Source: Rickettsiales bacterium
GTDB lineage: Bacteria > Pseudomonadota > Alphaproteobacteria > TMED109
Direction of reading: 5' to 3'
NCBI GenBank assembly: GCA_002689905.1
Contig: NZIN01000028.1
Span: forward strand, 1 to 36,620
Length of the DNA: 36,620 nucleotides
Position 1 is the first letter of the stretch. Each line of letters opens with the position of its first letter. Of this stretch, positions 1 to 9,578 are shown piece after piece. The notes beneath the pieces were generated by a model. It saw nothing but the letters and a program-made list of their open reading frames with translations, was not told the origin of the DNA and searched no databases. Made by a program: the position numbers and the translations under genes.

Positions 1-116
1 AGAAAAGTAAATATGATTGAATTACTAATTGCTATTTTATAGTATACTGATTATAAAATAAAAAAAAAATAAATTATTATTACTTAAATAGACTTACATA
101 GAAAATGTGATACTTA

Positions 117-1085
117 ATGGCAATGACACTACATCAATTAAAAATATTTTGGGCAGTAGCTCAGGCTAAATCATATACTAAAGCTTCTAAAATATTAGGA
201 TTGGCTCAGCCTTCTTTATCACAGCAAATATCGAAATTAGAAGAGGATTTAGGGTCTAGATTATTTAATAGGGGATTTAGCAAAATAGATCTTACTGACG
301 CAGGTGCATATTTATGTTCTAGAGCAGAACAAATTATTGCAAGTATTGAAGAAACAGAAGAAGGAATAAAAGAGTTTTCAAAAAATACTAGGGGTATATT
401 AAAAGTAGGAATGCTATCTTCTGTTGCTAGAAATTTACTTCCTACTACGATGCAAATATTTTCTAAAATCCTACCTAATATAGAGATTAATGTATTAGAA
501 GTAACGCCAGCAGAAGCAATTGATTTATTATATGCAAGACAATTAAGTGTTGCCGTTGTAGCCGAAGACTCTTTAGCTGCATCAAACTTATCTTTTTCTA
601 AGAAAGAAATATTTTCTGATCCTTATGTTTTAGCAGTTCCGAGGCAACTTGATTTACATAAAATAGATAGTTTCACAGATCTAAATCAAAATAATCAGAA
701 TATTTTAAGTTCAAATATAGTTTTTGAGTTTGGGAGTCAGCACAAGAAGAGAATAGAGGACTGGTTCAAAAAAAACCTTAATTCTAAAAAAATTATAGCT
801 CATACTAGATCTTACGAAGTAGCATTATCAATGGTAGAAGCAAAATTGGGAGTAGTAGTTCTTCCAGCTTTAACAGCATTAGTAGGTTTTGGAAGATCTT
901 ATGATGTTAATTTATATCAAACAGACCTATCAGACAGAAGGTTAGTATCCTTAACACCAAAACAGTATGAGCAATTAGAACCATCAAAAAGTTTTATCAA
1001 AAGTTTAGAAGAGGCTGGAAAAAAACTTAATCTACCAAAAATAAAAGGTATACCTAATATTTTAAAAAATGTTTATAAAGACTAA
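117..1085 (+). CDS. LysR-family transcriptional regulator
   Basis: N-terminal LysR HTH (TLHQLKIF...SYTKASKILGLAQPSLSQQISKLEEDLG..LF.R...LTDAG) followed by a substrate-binding domain; 322 aa. Confidence 0.95.
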   Translation: MAMTLHQLKIFWAVAQAKSYTKASKILGLAQPSLSQQISKLEEDLGSRLFNRGFSKIDLTDAGAYLCSRAEQIIASIEETEEGIKEFSKNTRGILKVGMLSSVARNLLPTTMQIFSKILPNIEINVLEVTPAEAIDLLYARQLSVAVVAEDSLAASNLSFSKKEIFSDPYVLAVPRQLDLHKIDSFTDLNQNNQNILSSNIVFEFGSQHKKRIEDWFKKNLNSKKIIAHTRSYEVALSMVEAKLGVVVLPALTALVGFGRSYDVNLYQTDLSDRRLVSLTPKQYEQLEPSKSFIKSLEEAGKKLNLPKIKGIPNILKNVYKD

Positions 1086-1124
1086 ATTATATAATAGTAT
1101 TTTACTTATGAAGATGAAAAAAAA

Positions 1125-1937
1125 ATGCAGCTAAAGTTTTGGGGAGTTAGAGGCAGTATTCCTACGCCAGGAAACAGTTTCGTTAAATATGGCGGCAATA
1201 CTTCCTGTATAGAGTTAAATGTTGACGGCCAAATTATAATATTAGATATGGGGTCAGGGTTAGTTAATTTAGGTAATCACTTAATAAAGAATAATATTAA
1301 GAAATTTGATATTTTAATTTCTCATTTTCATTATGATCATACTTGTGGATTACCATTTTTTGCACCAGCTTATACAAAAGGTTTTGAATTTTCAATTAGA
1401 GCTGGCAATGAAGAAACTAGAAGTAATACTCTAGAAGTTCTAAAAAAACAAATTTCTAGTCCGTCATTTCCAATTACTATAGATAAATTTTTAGCTGATG
1501 TGAAATATCTTGATTTTGATATTAATAAAGACTTTTTTATTGGGAAGGTTAAGGTCAGAACTACAAACTTGAATCACCCTAACGGCGCAACTGGTTATAG
1601 AATAGAATTTAACAATAAATCTATTTGTTACATTACAGATCATGAACATGAAGTTAAAGTTAAAAATCAAAAATTAGTTAATTTTTTAAAAGACGCGGAT
1701 GTATTAATTTATGACTCCACTTATGATGATGATAATTTTAGAAATTATATAGGTTGGGGCCACTCTACCTGGCAAGAAGCAGTTAGGCTTACAAAAGACT
1801 GTAATATAAAAAAACTATTTATTTTTCATCATAACCCTGAACATGATGATACAAAAATGGATGAGATACAAAAAAAGTGTAGGGATATGAATGAAAATTA
1901 TATTGTGGCTAAAGAAGGAATGTTTGAGAAAATATAA
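1125..1937 (+). CDS. Metallo-beta-lactamase-fold hydrolase (WGxRGS/GGNTSC family), putative phosphodiesterase
   Basis: WGVRGSIP..YGGNTSC N-terminus, HxHxDH motif (SHFHYDH), further ligands NHP, TDHE, GHST, FHH. Phosphodiesterase activity is inferred only. Confidence 0.85.
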   Translation: MQLKFWGVRGSIPTPGNSFVKYGGNTSCIELNVDGQIIILDMGSGLVNLGNHLIKNNIKKFDILISHFHYDHTCGLPFFAPAYTKGFEFSIRAGNEETRSNTLEVLKKQISSPSFPITIDKFLADVKYLDFDINKDFFIGKVKVRTTNLNHPNGATGYRIEFNNKSICYITDHEHEVKVKNQKLVNFLKDADVLIYDSTYDDDNFRNYIGWGHSTWQEAVRLTKDCNIKKLFIFHHNPEHDDTKMDEIQKKCRDMNENYIVAKEGMFEKI

Positions 1938-1955
1938 AATTGTGTATAATAAGTT

Positions 1956-2318
1956 ATGGATGATAATTTAAAACAAAAGTTTTTACCTGATGAGTATATT
2001 TTTAGACAAGGAGAAAAAGGAGATAAAGCATTCTTGTTGCTAGATGGTAGAATAGCTATTGAAGTCAATAATGAAAAGGTATCTGAAATTTCTGAAATGG
2101 AAATATTTGGTGAGATGTCTCTGATCTTAAATAAACCTAGAACAGCTAGTATAAGGGTATTAAAGCCTTCTATTGTGTTGCCTATAGATCAGAAAATTTT
2201 GAATGAGTTATTAGATAAATCACCACCAATTATTAAATCAATGGTAAAACAGCTTTCATATAGATTATCGCAATGCGATTCTGAGATAAAAAGTTTAAAA
2301 AATAAAATGAAAAATTAA
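1956..2318 (+). CDS. Stand-alone cyclic nucleotide-binding domain protein
   Basis: IFRQGEKGD, phosphate-binding cassette FGEMSLILNKPRTAS and C-helix; 120 aa with no Crp HTH. Confidence 0.9.
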   Translation: MDDNLKQKFLPDEYIFRQGEKGDKAFLLLDGRIAIEVNNEKVSEISEMEIFGEMSLILNKPRTASIRVLKPSIVLPIDQKILNELLDKSPPIIKSMVKQLSYRLSQCDSEIKSLKNKMKN

Positions 2319-3425
2319 TTAATTTTTAAAAACTTTAACTCTAGCACTGAGTCCTGGTATTATTTTACCTATTAACTTTGATGGAATATCAATTTTAATT
2401 TTGATAGGAATACGTTGTACTACTTTAACAAAATTTCCTGATGCATTCTGTGGAGGAATAAGACTGAATGAAGATGCTGAAGCTGGAGAAAATGATAAAA
2501 CTTGACCTTTAATTTTTGTACTAGAAAATGCATCAATCATAATTTCAGCTCTTTGACCAGCTTGTAAATTTTTTATTTGAGTTTCTTTAAAGTTGGCTAT
2601 TACCCAAACATCTTTAACTGGAACTACAGACATTAGAGGCCATCCCTTTTTCATATAAACACCTGGTTCAACTATTCTATTTGCAATTATACCATCAATT
2701 GGTGCCCTAATATTAGTAGATTCTAAATCAATCAAATTTGTTTCAAGTTTTGCTTCTAATGAATCTTTTTTAGCTGAGTATCTTGACTTTTCAGCATCAA
2801 GCTTTTTAAGGTTTATTTCAATTTTTTTAATCTCTTTTCCTATTACTTGGGTAGCTATTTTTTTTGATTTTATATCAGTATCATATTGGTCAACTCTGTG
2901 AAGGCTAAATTCATACATTGCCAGAGCTTTTTCATAATCAGATTTAGTTGCATGATTAGATTTTAGTAGTTTTTCAATTCTATCTTTCTCATTTTCAAAC
3001 ATAACTAAATTTGACTTTTCTGAAGCTTTTCTAAAATTTGCACTTTCAATTTTATTTTTTGCTAATTGTAATTTTAATTTTTTTTCTTCTACTTTCAATT
3101 TCTCTGAGGCTTTCAATACTTCTAGTTCAGTTAATTTAGCAGTCGCAGCTTTAAGATCTGCTCTAGCAGTATTAACTTTAGATAGGAATGGAGCTTCATC
3201 AAATTTAACAATTATATCCCCTTTTTTAACTTCAGTATTAACAACACCAGGAACTGAGCTTACATAACCTTCTATGCGTGAGGAGATACTTGTTATTGAA
3301 CCTCTTACATAGGCATTATCAGTGCTCTGGTAACTAGATAAGTTTTTCCTTAAAAATATAATAATAACAATTAAAACTAAGGTTACTATAAAAGTAAAAA
3401 AGTAATGTCGATTTTTCATAAGCAT
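2319..3425 (-). CDS. EmrA/HlyD-family membrane fusion (periplasmic adaptor) protein
   Basis: N-terminal TM, STDNAYV, long coiled coil, IRAPIDG, WVIANFKETQ, SFSLIPPQNASGNFVKVVQRIP (EmrA-type motifs). Confidence 0.9.
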   Translation of the reverse strand: MLMKNRHYFFTFIVTLVLIVIIIFLRKNLSSYQSTDNAYVRGSITSISSRIEGYVSSVPGVVNTEVKKGDIIVKFDEAPFLSKVNTARADLKAATAKLTELEVLKASEKLKVEEKKLKLQLAKNKIESANFRKASEKSNLVMFENEKDRIEKLLKSNHATKSDYEKALAMYEFSLHRVDQYDTDIKSKKIATQVIGKEIKKIEINLKKLDAEKSRYSAKKDSLEAKLETNLIDLESTNIRAPIDGIIANRIVEPGVYMKKGWPLMSVVPVKDVWVIANFKETQIKNLQAGQRAEIMIDAFSSTKIKGQVLSFSPASASSFSLIPPQNASGNFVKVVQRIPIKIKIDIPSKLIGKIIPGLSARVKVFKN

Positions 3426-3460
3426 TTATAGCACATTAATAGCAAGTAAAAAAGTAATTG

Positions 3461-3536
3461 TGGTGGAGCCGAGGGGGATTGAACCCCTGACCTCGTGAAT
3501 GCCATCCACGCGCTCTCCCAACTGAGCTACGGCCCC
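3461..3536 (-). tRNA. tRNA-Ala(GGC)
   Basis: Reverse complement GGGGCCGTAGCTCAGTTGGGAGAGCGCGTGGATGGCATTCACGAGGTCAGGGGTTCAATCCCCCTCGGCTCCACCA: 76-nt cloverleaf, anticodon GGC, G3:U70 pair, encoded CCA. Confidence 0.97.
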
Positions 3537-3553
3537 TTATTTAAGTTTAGAGG

Positions 3554-3832
3554 TTAGTCTTTAGCGATTTCATCCTCTCCCGATTCAATTTCATCACCTA
3601 TAACGTTTTCTAAATCATCATCAAAGCCTACATCTTCTTCTAAGGATATTTCACTATCTATTTTTTTACTACTTTCTTTAGTAGCTATTTTATCAGATAT
3701 GATGATATTTTCTTTTTTAGTTGTTACTTCGGTATTGCAACGAGGGCAAACAATTTTTTCTTTATTAAAATCAAAAAACTTAGTATTACAATTAGAACAA
3801 ACATGTTTATTACCTCTCAGAGTTTTATCCAT
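3554..3832 (-). CDS. TIGR02300 / FYDLN-acid family zinc-ribbon protein
   Basis: G.K..CxxC..KFFDFN....CPxC followed by an acidic tail; typical alphaproteobacterial position between tRNA-Ala and aroA; GGAG SD upstream. Confidence 0.88.
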   Translation of the reverse strand: MDKTLRGNKHVCSNCNTKFFDFNKEKIVCPRCNTEVTTKKENIIISDKIATKESSKKIDSEISLEEDVGFDDDLENVIGDEIESGEDEIAKD

Positions 3833-3926
3833 ATTTTTCGCTCCATAATTTAAGTTGTTAAATTAGCTTATATAATTATGATAGTTTTAAAATATTTTTA
3901 AAATTACAAATTTTCAACATAAATTT

Positions 3927-5279
3927 ATGTATATATTAAAAAAAAACAAAAAAAAATCTTCTAAATCTTTAGATAATATGGCAGTAAATAATATATGTTT
4001 AAAAGGAAACGTTGGGGTTCCAGGAGATAAGTCAATCTCTCAAAGAGCATTAATATTAGGTTTGTTATCTATAGGAGAAACAGTTATAGAGGGTATTTTA
4101 GATAGCGAAGATGTTTATTATACTTTGAAGGCTGTTGAGGCACTAGGAGGAAAAGTAAATATTGATAAAAAAAATAACTCTTTAACTATTACTGGAATAG
4201 GTTTGGGAAACTTAATGTCTCCCAAAAAACCAGTTTATATGGGCAATAGTGGAACGGGAACAAGATTGTTGATGGGAGTGGTTGCCGGCTCCAATGCTAC
4301 TGTAACATTTTGCGGAGATGATTCATTAAGTAATAGACCAATGGATAGAATTATAGAACCTTTGGAAAAAATGGGTGCTAACTTTATATTTTCTGATCAG
4401 AAAAAACTTCCTATTACTGTTTTAGGTGCAAGAAAGAAGGGTTTCACTATGCCTATTAAATATAAACTTCCTATGGCTTCTGCGCAGGTAAAGTCTTCCA
4501 TAATATTTTCAGCATTAACAGCAAGAGGTGCTACAATTATAAAAGAGCCATTTAAAAGTAGAAGTTATACTGAAGAAATGCTTAAAAAATGTGGAGTAAA
4601 AATAAAAACGAGTCTAGGAAATAACTATTCTAACACAATAGAGGTAAATGGTGCAGAGTATTTAAAGAACTGTAAATTTACAATACCAGGAGACCCTTCT
4701 TCTGCTGCTTTTTTAATTGTAGCTTGCTTGATTAAAGAAGGTAGTAAGATTACAGTAAATAATGTTTTAAATGACCCTATGAGACTTAAAGTTTTTAAGG
4801 TTTTAAAAAAGATGGGAGCAAAGATAAGCTTCAATAGAGTCTCTAAAAATATTTGTAATATATCAGCAGAATATTCCAAACTTACAAATATTTGTCTGAA
4901 AAGTAATGAAGTTGTTTCTTTAATAGATGAATTCCCAATATTATCGATTGCTGCAGCATGCGGTGAAGGAAAAATGTCAATGAAAGGTCTAGGAGAACTA
5001 AGGTTTAAAGAAAGCGATAGGTTTTTAGCAATAAAAGAAGGACTCATAGCATGTGGTGTAAATGTCAACTCTTTTGGTGATGATATGGAAATTATTGGAA
5101 AAAAACAAGTAAATGGAGAAGCAGAAATAAATTCTAATAACGATCATAGAATAGCTATGGCTTTTAATATCTTAGGACTAGTTGCACTTAAACCGATAAA
5201 AATTATTGGTAATAAATCAATAAGAACTAGTTTTCCTAATTTTTTTGAGACAATAAAGAGCCTTACCCAGAGAAAATAA
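3927..5279 (+). CDS. aroA: 3-phosphoshikimate 1-carboxyvinyltransferase (class II-like EPSP synthase); start may be ATG 3978
   Basis: PGDKSIS, GNSGT, LSNRPM, SAQVKS, PGDPSSA, IDEFP, KESDR, DHRIAM motifs. Confidence 0.96.
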   Translation: MYILKKNKKKSSKSLDNMAVNNICLKGNVGVPGDKSISQRALILGLLSIGETVIEGILDSEDVYYTLKAVEALGGKVNIDKKNNSLTITGIGLGNLMSPKKPVYMGNSGTGTRLLMGVVAGSNATVTFCGDDSLSNRPMDRIIEPLEKMGANFIFSDQKKLPITVLGARKKGFTMPIKYKLPMASAQVKSSIIFSALTARGATIIKEPFKSRSYTEEMLKKCGVKIKTSLGNNYSNTIEVNGAEYLKNCKFTIPGDPSSAAFLIVACLIKEGSKITVNNVLNDPMRLKVFKVLKKMGAKISFNRVSKNICNISAEYSKLTNICLKSNEVVSLIDEFPILSIAAACGEGKMSMKGLGELRFKESDRFLAIKEGLIACGVNVNSFGDDMEIIGKKQVNGEAEINSNNDHRIAMAFNILGLVALKPIKIIGNKSIRTSFPNFFETIKSLTQRK

Positions 5280-5282
5280 TTC

Positions 5283-5945
5283 ATGAATAGAGTAATAATT
5301 ACTATTGACGGACCTGCCGCCTCAGGAAAAGGTTCTTTGTGTAAATTAGTGTCTAAGGACTTGAACTTTTATTATTTAGAGACAGGTTTATATTACAGGG
5401 CATTTGCACATCTAATATCTATTGAAGGTAAAAGTAAACTAGATGTTTCAAGCTTTATAAGTTTTATTAAGCATGAAGAATTTAAAAAGTACTTAAAAGA
5501 CACTAAAACTTTATACTCTAAAGAGATAACTAATGCAGCTTCAAAACTAGCAAAACTAGAGTATGTTAGGAAATTTATTGTTAATATGCAAAAATCAAGT
5601 ATCAATAACTATGATAAAAAATTTAATGGTATTATCTTAGAAGGAAGAGATTGTGGGACTGTTATTGCACCTGAAGCAGATGTAAAAATATTTTTAACTG
5701 CAGATATTGAAGTGAGGGCAAAAAGAAGGTTTGAGCAATTTAATAAAAATAAAAAAAATATTGAATATGAAGAAGTATTTCAGGATTTGAATAAAAGAGA
5801 TATTAGAGACAAAAATAGAAAGCATTCCCCATTAAAAAAAGCTGATGATGCAATGCTTTTAGATAATACAAGCTTAAGTTTTGAACAGACGATAAAGATT
5901 GTAAAAAATATAATTTTTAGTAGAATACCTAGTTTAAAAAAATAA
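5283..5945 (+). CDS. cmk: Cytidylate kinase
   Basis: ITIDGPAASGKG P-loop, EGRDCGTVI.P.A..K, RD.RD..R..SPL; aroA-cmk-rpsA synteny. Confidence 0.96.
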   Translation: MNRVIITIDGPAASGKGSLCKLVSKDLNFYYLETGLYYRAFAHLISIEGKSKLDVSSFISFIKHEEFKKYLKDTKTLYSKEITNAASKLAKLEYVRKFIVNMQKSSINNYDKKFNGIILEGRDCGTVIAPEADVKIFLTADIEVRAKRRFEQFNKNKKNIEYEEVFQDLNKRDIRDKNRKHSPLKKADDAMLLDNTSLSFEQTIKIVKNIIFSRIPSLKK

Positions 5946-5979
5946 AATTAAAATATAATAATTTTGAAAGTAGGAAAGT

Positions 5980-7731
5980 ATGGATAAACAAATGTCTGTT
6001 AAAGCATCTGACATTAATATTAAGGCTAGTAAAGAAAATTTTGCGGAATTACTAGAGGAATCTTTCAGTAAAGAGACTAAGAAAGTTGGTGGATTGGTTA
6101 AAGGTAAAGTAGTGGCTATAGAGAAAGAATCCGCTGTCATTGATATTGGATACAAATCAGAAGGAAGAGTTCCCATTAAAGAGTTCACTCCACCCGATAA
6201 AAAACCACAATTAGGTGATGAAGTTGAAGTTTTTTTTGAGCACGCTGAAAATAAGTTTGGAGATGCTGTACTTTCAAGAGAGAGAGCTAAAAGAGAAACA
6301 GCCTGGGAAGTTATGGAGAAAGCTTTGAAGAACAAAGACCAGGTAAAAGGAAGCATTTTTTCAAGGGTAAAAGGAGGCTTTTCTGTTGATCTTAATGATG
6401 CTATTGCTTTTCTTCCCGGTAGTCAGGTAGATGTTAAAGTGATAAAAGATAATTCCTATTTATTAGGCACTGAACAGATATTTCATATTTTGAAAATGGA
6501 TCGAAAAAGAGGTAATATTGTTGTATCTAGAAGATCTGTTTTAGAAGAAGGTAGAGCCGAAGCAAAAAAGGAGATGGCTTCAACTTTAGAAGAGGGTCAG
6601 ATAATGGAAGGCACAGTAAAAAATATTACTGATTATGGGGCATTTGTAGATTTAGGAGAGATGGATGGTTTATTGCATGTTACAGATATTTCTTGGAAAA
6701 GAATTAGTCATCCATCTGAATTATTAAGTGTTGGTAAAAAAATAAAAGTTAAATTAATCAAATACAATTCTGACTCACAAAGACTCAGTTTAGGGATGAA
6801 ACAATTAAACGAAGATCCATGGAAAGGTGCTGATCAAAAATTCAAACTTGGAAATAAATATAAAGGAGTCGTTACTAATATCGCTGACTATGGGGCATTT
6901 GTTGAAATTGATAAAGGAATAGAGGGTTTGGTTCATGTATCTGAAATGAGCTGGAACAAAAAAAATACTAATCCTTTCAAAATAGTAAACTCAGGCGATG
7001 AGGTAGAAGTTGTAATTTTAGACTTTGATATGGAAAAAAGAAGACTTAGTTTAGGAATGAAACAAGCTATCCAAAGCCCATGGGACGAAATAAAAAAATC
7101 TTTAAAAGTAGATACAATTCATGAAGGCGAGATTACTAATATTACTGAATTTGGTTTATTCATTAAAGTTACTGATGATGTAGATGGACTAGTTCATATA
7201 AATGATCTATCATGGAAAAATTCAGTAGAAGAGGAATTAAAAAAATATCAAAAAGGTATGAGTGTTAAAAGTAAAGTACTGGAGCTTGACGCAGAAAAAG
7301 AAAGAATAGCATTAGGTATAAAGCAGCTAGAAAAAGATCCTTTTGAGTCTATAGTTACTGGAAAATTAAAGAAAGGAAGCTTAGTTACTTGTGTAATAGA
7401 GAATGTCTTAGACGCTGGATTAGAAGTAAAATTAGAAAATGATATATTAGGATTTATCAAGAAAGCAGACTTGTCACGTGACAAAGAAGAGCAAAAGGCA
7501 TCTAGGTTTGCAAAAGGTGAAAAAGTAGATGCAATGGTATCAAGTATAGATAAATCTTCACGAAAGTTATACCTCTCAATTAAATCTATGGAGCTTGCAG
7601 AGGAGAAGAAAGCAATGAAAGATTATGGGTCTACTGACTCAGGAGCTTCACTAGGAGATATTTTAGGGGCAGCTTTAGAGGCCAAATCTGATAAAAAGAA
7701 GAAAGATGATACAGTATCAAAAAAAAAATAG
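5980..7731 (+). CDS. rpsA: 30S ribosomal protein S1
   Basis: Multiple S1 repeats (ITDYGAFVDLG, GLLHVTDISW, GLVHVSEMSW), C-terminal SGASLGDILG. Confidence 0.98.
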   Translation: MDKQMSVKASDINIKASKENFAELLEESFSKETKKVGGLVKGKVVAIEKESAVIDIGYKSEGRVPIKEFTPPDKKPQLGDEVEVFFEHAENKFGDAVLSRERAKRETAWEVMEKALKNKDQVKGSIFSRVKGGFSVDLNDAIAFLPGSQVDVKVIKDNSYLLGTEQIFHILKMDRKRGNIVVSRRSVLEEGRAEAKKEMASTLEEGQIMEGTVKNITDYGAFVDLGEMDGLLHVTDISWKRISHPSELLSVGKKIKVKLIKYNSDSQRLSLGMKQLNEDPWKGADQKFKLGNKYKGVVTNIADYGAFVEIDKGIEGLVHVSEMSWNKKNTNPFKIVNSGDEVEVVILDFDMEKRRLSLGMKQAIQSPWDEIKKSLKVDTIHEGEITNITEFGLFIKVTDDVDGLVHINDLSWKNSVEEELKKYQKGMSVKSKVLELDAEKERIALGIKQLEKDPFESIVTGKLKKGSLVTCVIENVLDAGLEVKLENDILGFIKKADLSRDKEEQKASRFAKGEKVDAMVSSIDKSSRKLYLSIKSMELAEEKKAMKDYGSTDSGASLGDILGAALEAKSDKKKKDDTVSKKK

Positions 7732-7749
7732 CAAAAACTTAGGTAAGAC

Positions 7750-8025
7750 TTGAATAAATTTAATATAGTTAAAAAACTAGCTAAAGAGAAAAATCTAACA
7801 GAGAGTGACTCCCTTGCTGTTTTAACAACTATAGTTGATGAAATAAGTCAAGCGCTTTATGTTGGAGAAAGAGCAGAGTTTAGAGGTTTTGGAGTTTTTT
7901 TTACTAAGGTCAGAGAAAAAAGGTATGCAAGAAACCCAAGAACTGGAGAGAGAATAAAAGTAAATAAAAAAAAATTGCCTCAATTTAAAATGGCAAAATC
8001 ATTTTATGAGCTAATAAATAAGTGA
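7750..8025 (+). CDS. ihfB: Integration host factor subunit beta (HU/IHF family), TTG start
   Basis: EFRGFG.F, ARNPRTGE motifs; directly downstream of rpsA. Confidence 0.85.
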   Translation: MNKFNIVKKLAKEKNLTESDSLAVLTTIVDEISQALYVGERAEFRGFGVFFTKVREKRYARNPRTGERIKVNKKKLPQFKMAKSFYELINK

Positions 8026-8237
8026 ATATATTTAGTTTATTAAAAAAATTAATATTATTTTTAGTTTTTTTAATTTTTATATCTTTCGGCATATCTAATA
8101 AGAGTTTAATCTACATAAGTCTTTGGCCTTTAGAAATGAGATTACAGACCCCAATATACTTTCTTTTTTTTGCTTCAGTTATAATTGGAATTTTTATAGC
8201 TAGTTGTTATTATTTCTTTAAAAGTAAAAAACAATGA
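8022..8237 (+). CDS. LapA-domain (DUF1049-like) small membrane protein
   Basis: Two TM segments with F.ISN...I.ISLWP pattern; ihfB-lapA-pyrF synteny. Confidence 0.7.
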   Translation: MNIFSLLKKLILFLVFLIFISFGISNKSLIYISLWPLEMRLQTPIYFLFFASVIIGIFIASCYYFFKSKKQ

Positions 8238-8947
8238 CAAAATCAAACAACATTATATGTGCATTAGATTTTAATGACATTGCTGAAGCTATAAATTTTG
8301 TTGCTTCTATAAAATATGATATTGTTTATAAAGTTGGAATGGAGTTTTTTTTTAACCATGGATTAGAAGGGATTAAAAAATTAAATCTTGTTAAAAATAA
8401 TTTAAAGATATTTTTAGATTTAAAATTACATGACATACCGAATACGGTTTCTATGGGTTTACAACCACTGTTAAGAATAATAAACCCATATATGCTAACT
8501 CTTCATGTAGCAGGCGGAAAAAAAATGCTTCAAGAAGCTGTTAGAACAGTAAATAATATGTCTCATGAAAAAAGGAAACCAATATTATTAGGTGTGACTA
8601 TTTTAACAAGCTTGAATAATGCAGATCTTCAAGAAATGGGACATTCAATGCCAATTACTGAATATGTTAAAAGATATGCTGGCATTGCAAAAGAGGCTGG
8701 TTTAGAAGGTATAGTATGCTCACCATTAGAAATAAAAATAGTAAAAGAATTATTCCAAGATACTCTTAAAGTTGTTACTCCTGGTATCAGAATGGAAAAA
8801 AAAAATGATGACGATCAAGCTAGATTTATGACACCGGGCGAAGCTTTTAAACAAGGTGCAGATTTTATAGTAATGGGAAGGCCTTTAATAAAATCCAATC
8901 AACCTAACGATTTAATAAGTAACATAATTAACTATCAGCATGAGTGA
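8234..8947 (+). CDS. pyrF: Orotidine-5'-phosphate decarboxylase
   Basis: ICALD, KVGME, FLDLKLHDIPNTV, VTPGIR, DDQ.R, VMGRP. Confidence 0.97.
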   Translation: MTKSNNIICALDFNDIAEAINFVASIKYDIVYKVGMEFFFNHGLEGIKKLNLVKNNLKIFLDLKLHDIPNTVSMGLQPLLRIINPYMLTLHVAGGKKMLQEAVRTVNNMSHEKRKPILLGVTILTSLNNADLQEMGHSMPITEYVKRYAGIAKEAGLEGIVCSPLEIKIVKELFQDTLKVVTPGIRMEKKNDDDQARFMTPGEAFKQGADFIVMGRPLIKSNQPNDLISNIINYQHE

Positions 8948-9578
8948 AAAAAAAGTTAAAATTAAAATATGTGGATTAAAAAATGTATCAGAATTAAACT
9001 GCGCTGCAGATTATGGCGCATTATGGTATGGTATGATCTTCTTTGCAAAGTCTCCAAGAAATATATCTTATAAACAAGCAGAAAAATTAATTAATAAAAC
9101 ACCTAAATCAATAAAACCTGTGGCAGTTACAGTAAATCCTTCAATTGATTTTGTAGAAAAATTGATATGTTTAGGAATAAGAGATATACAACTACACGGC
9201 AATGAAACTATCAAATTTTGTAGCAGATTAAAGAAAACATATAAATTAAATATTATAAAAGCGATTAATGTTAAATCTTCTGAGGATTTAAATCTTGTAG
9301 AAAAATATAAAAAATTTTCAGACTGGTTTTTATTTGATTATAAGGATAAATCAGAGATTGGAGGTACAGGAAAATCATTTGACTGGAATATAGTAGCTAA
9401 TAAAAAATTAAATTTTAACTGGATACTTTCTGGAGGTTTAGATTATAATAATGTTGTACACGCAATAAATATAACAGGAGCAAAGGCATTAGATGTTTCT
9501 TCTGGTGTTGAGGTAGAGAAAGGAAAAAAGTCTATTGAGCTAATAAAAAGATTCTGTAGCACAATAAATGATTATTAA
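8940..9578 (+). CDS. trpF: Phosphoribosylanthranilate isomerase
   Basis: [33 protein letters not shown]. Confidence 0.96.
   Translation: MSEKKVKIKICGLKNVSELNCAADYGALWYGMIFFAKSPRNISYKQAEKLINKTPKSIKPVAVTVNPSIDFVEKLICLGIRDIQLHGNETIKFCSRLKKTYKLNIIKAINVKSSEDLNLVEKYKKFSDWFLFDYKDKSEIGGTGKSFDWNIVANKKLNFNWILSGGLDYNNVVHAINITGAKALDVSSGVEVEKGKKSIELIKRFCSTINDY

Noticed and set aside
3887-3901. TTAA-N7-TTAA (CtrA-box-like) upstream of aroA
   Set aside because: Entirely A/T within AT-rich intergenic DNA, lacks the terminal C, and aroA is not an expected CtrA target; chance match likely
6600-7330. Repeated sequence such as GAYTATGGGGCATTTGT in rpsA
   Set aside because: Explained by tandem S1 protein domains, not a DNA repeat element or CRISPR array
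4625-7484. Antisense ORFs 4625-5068, 5393-5605, 5934-6356 and 7248-7484
   Set aside because: Shadows of aroA, cmk and rpsA; no recognisable motifs and S/F/L/I-rich composition typical of reverse-frame artefacts
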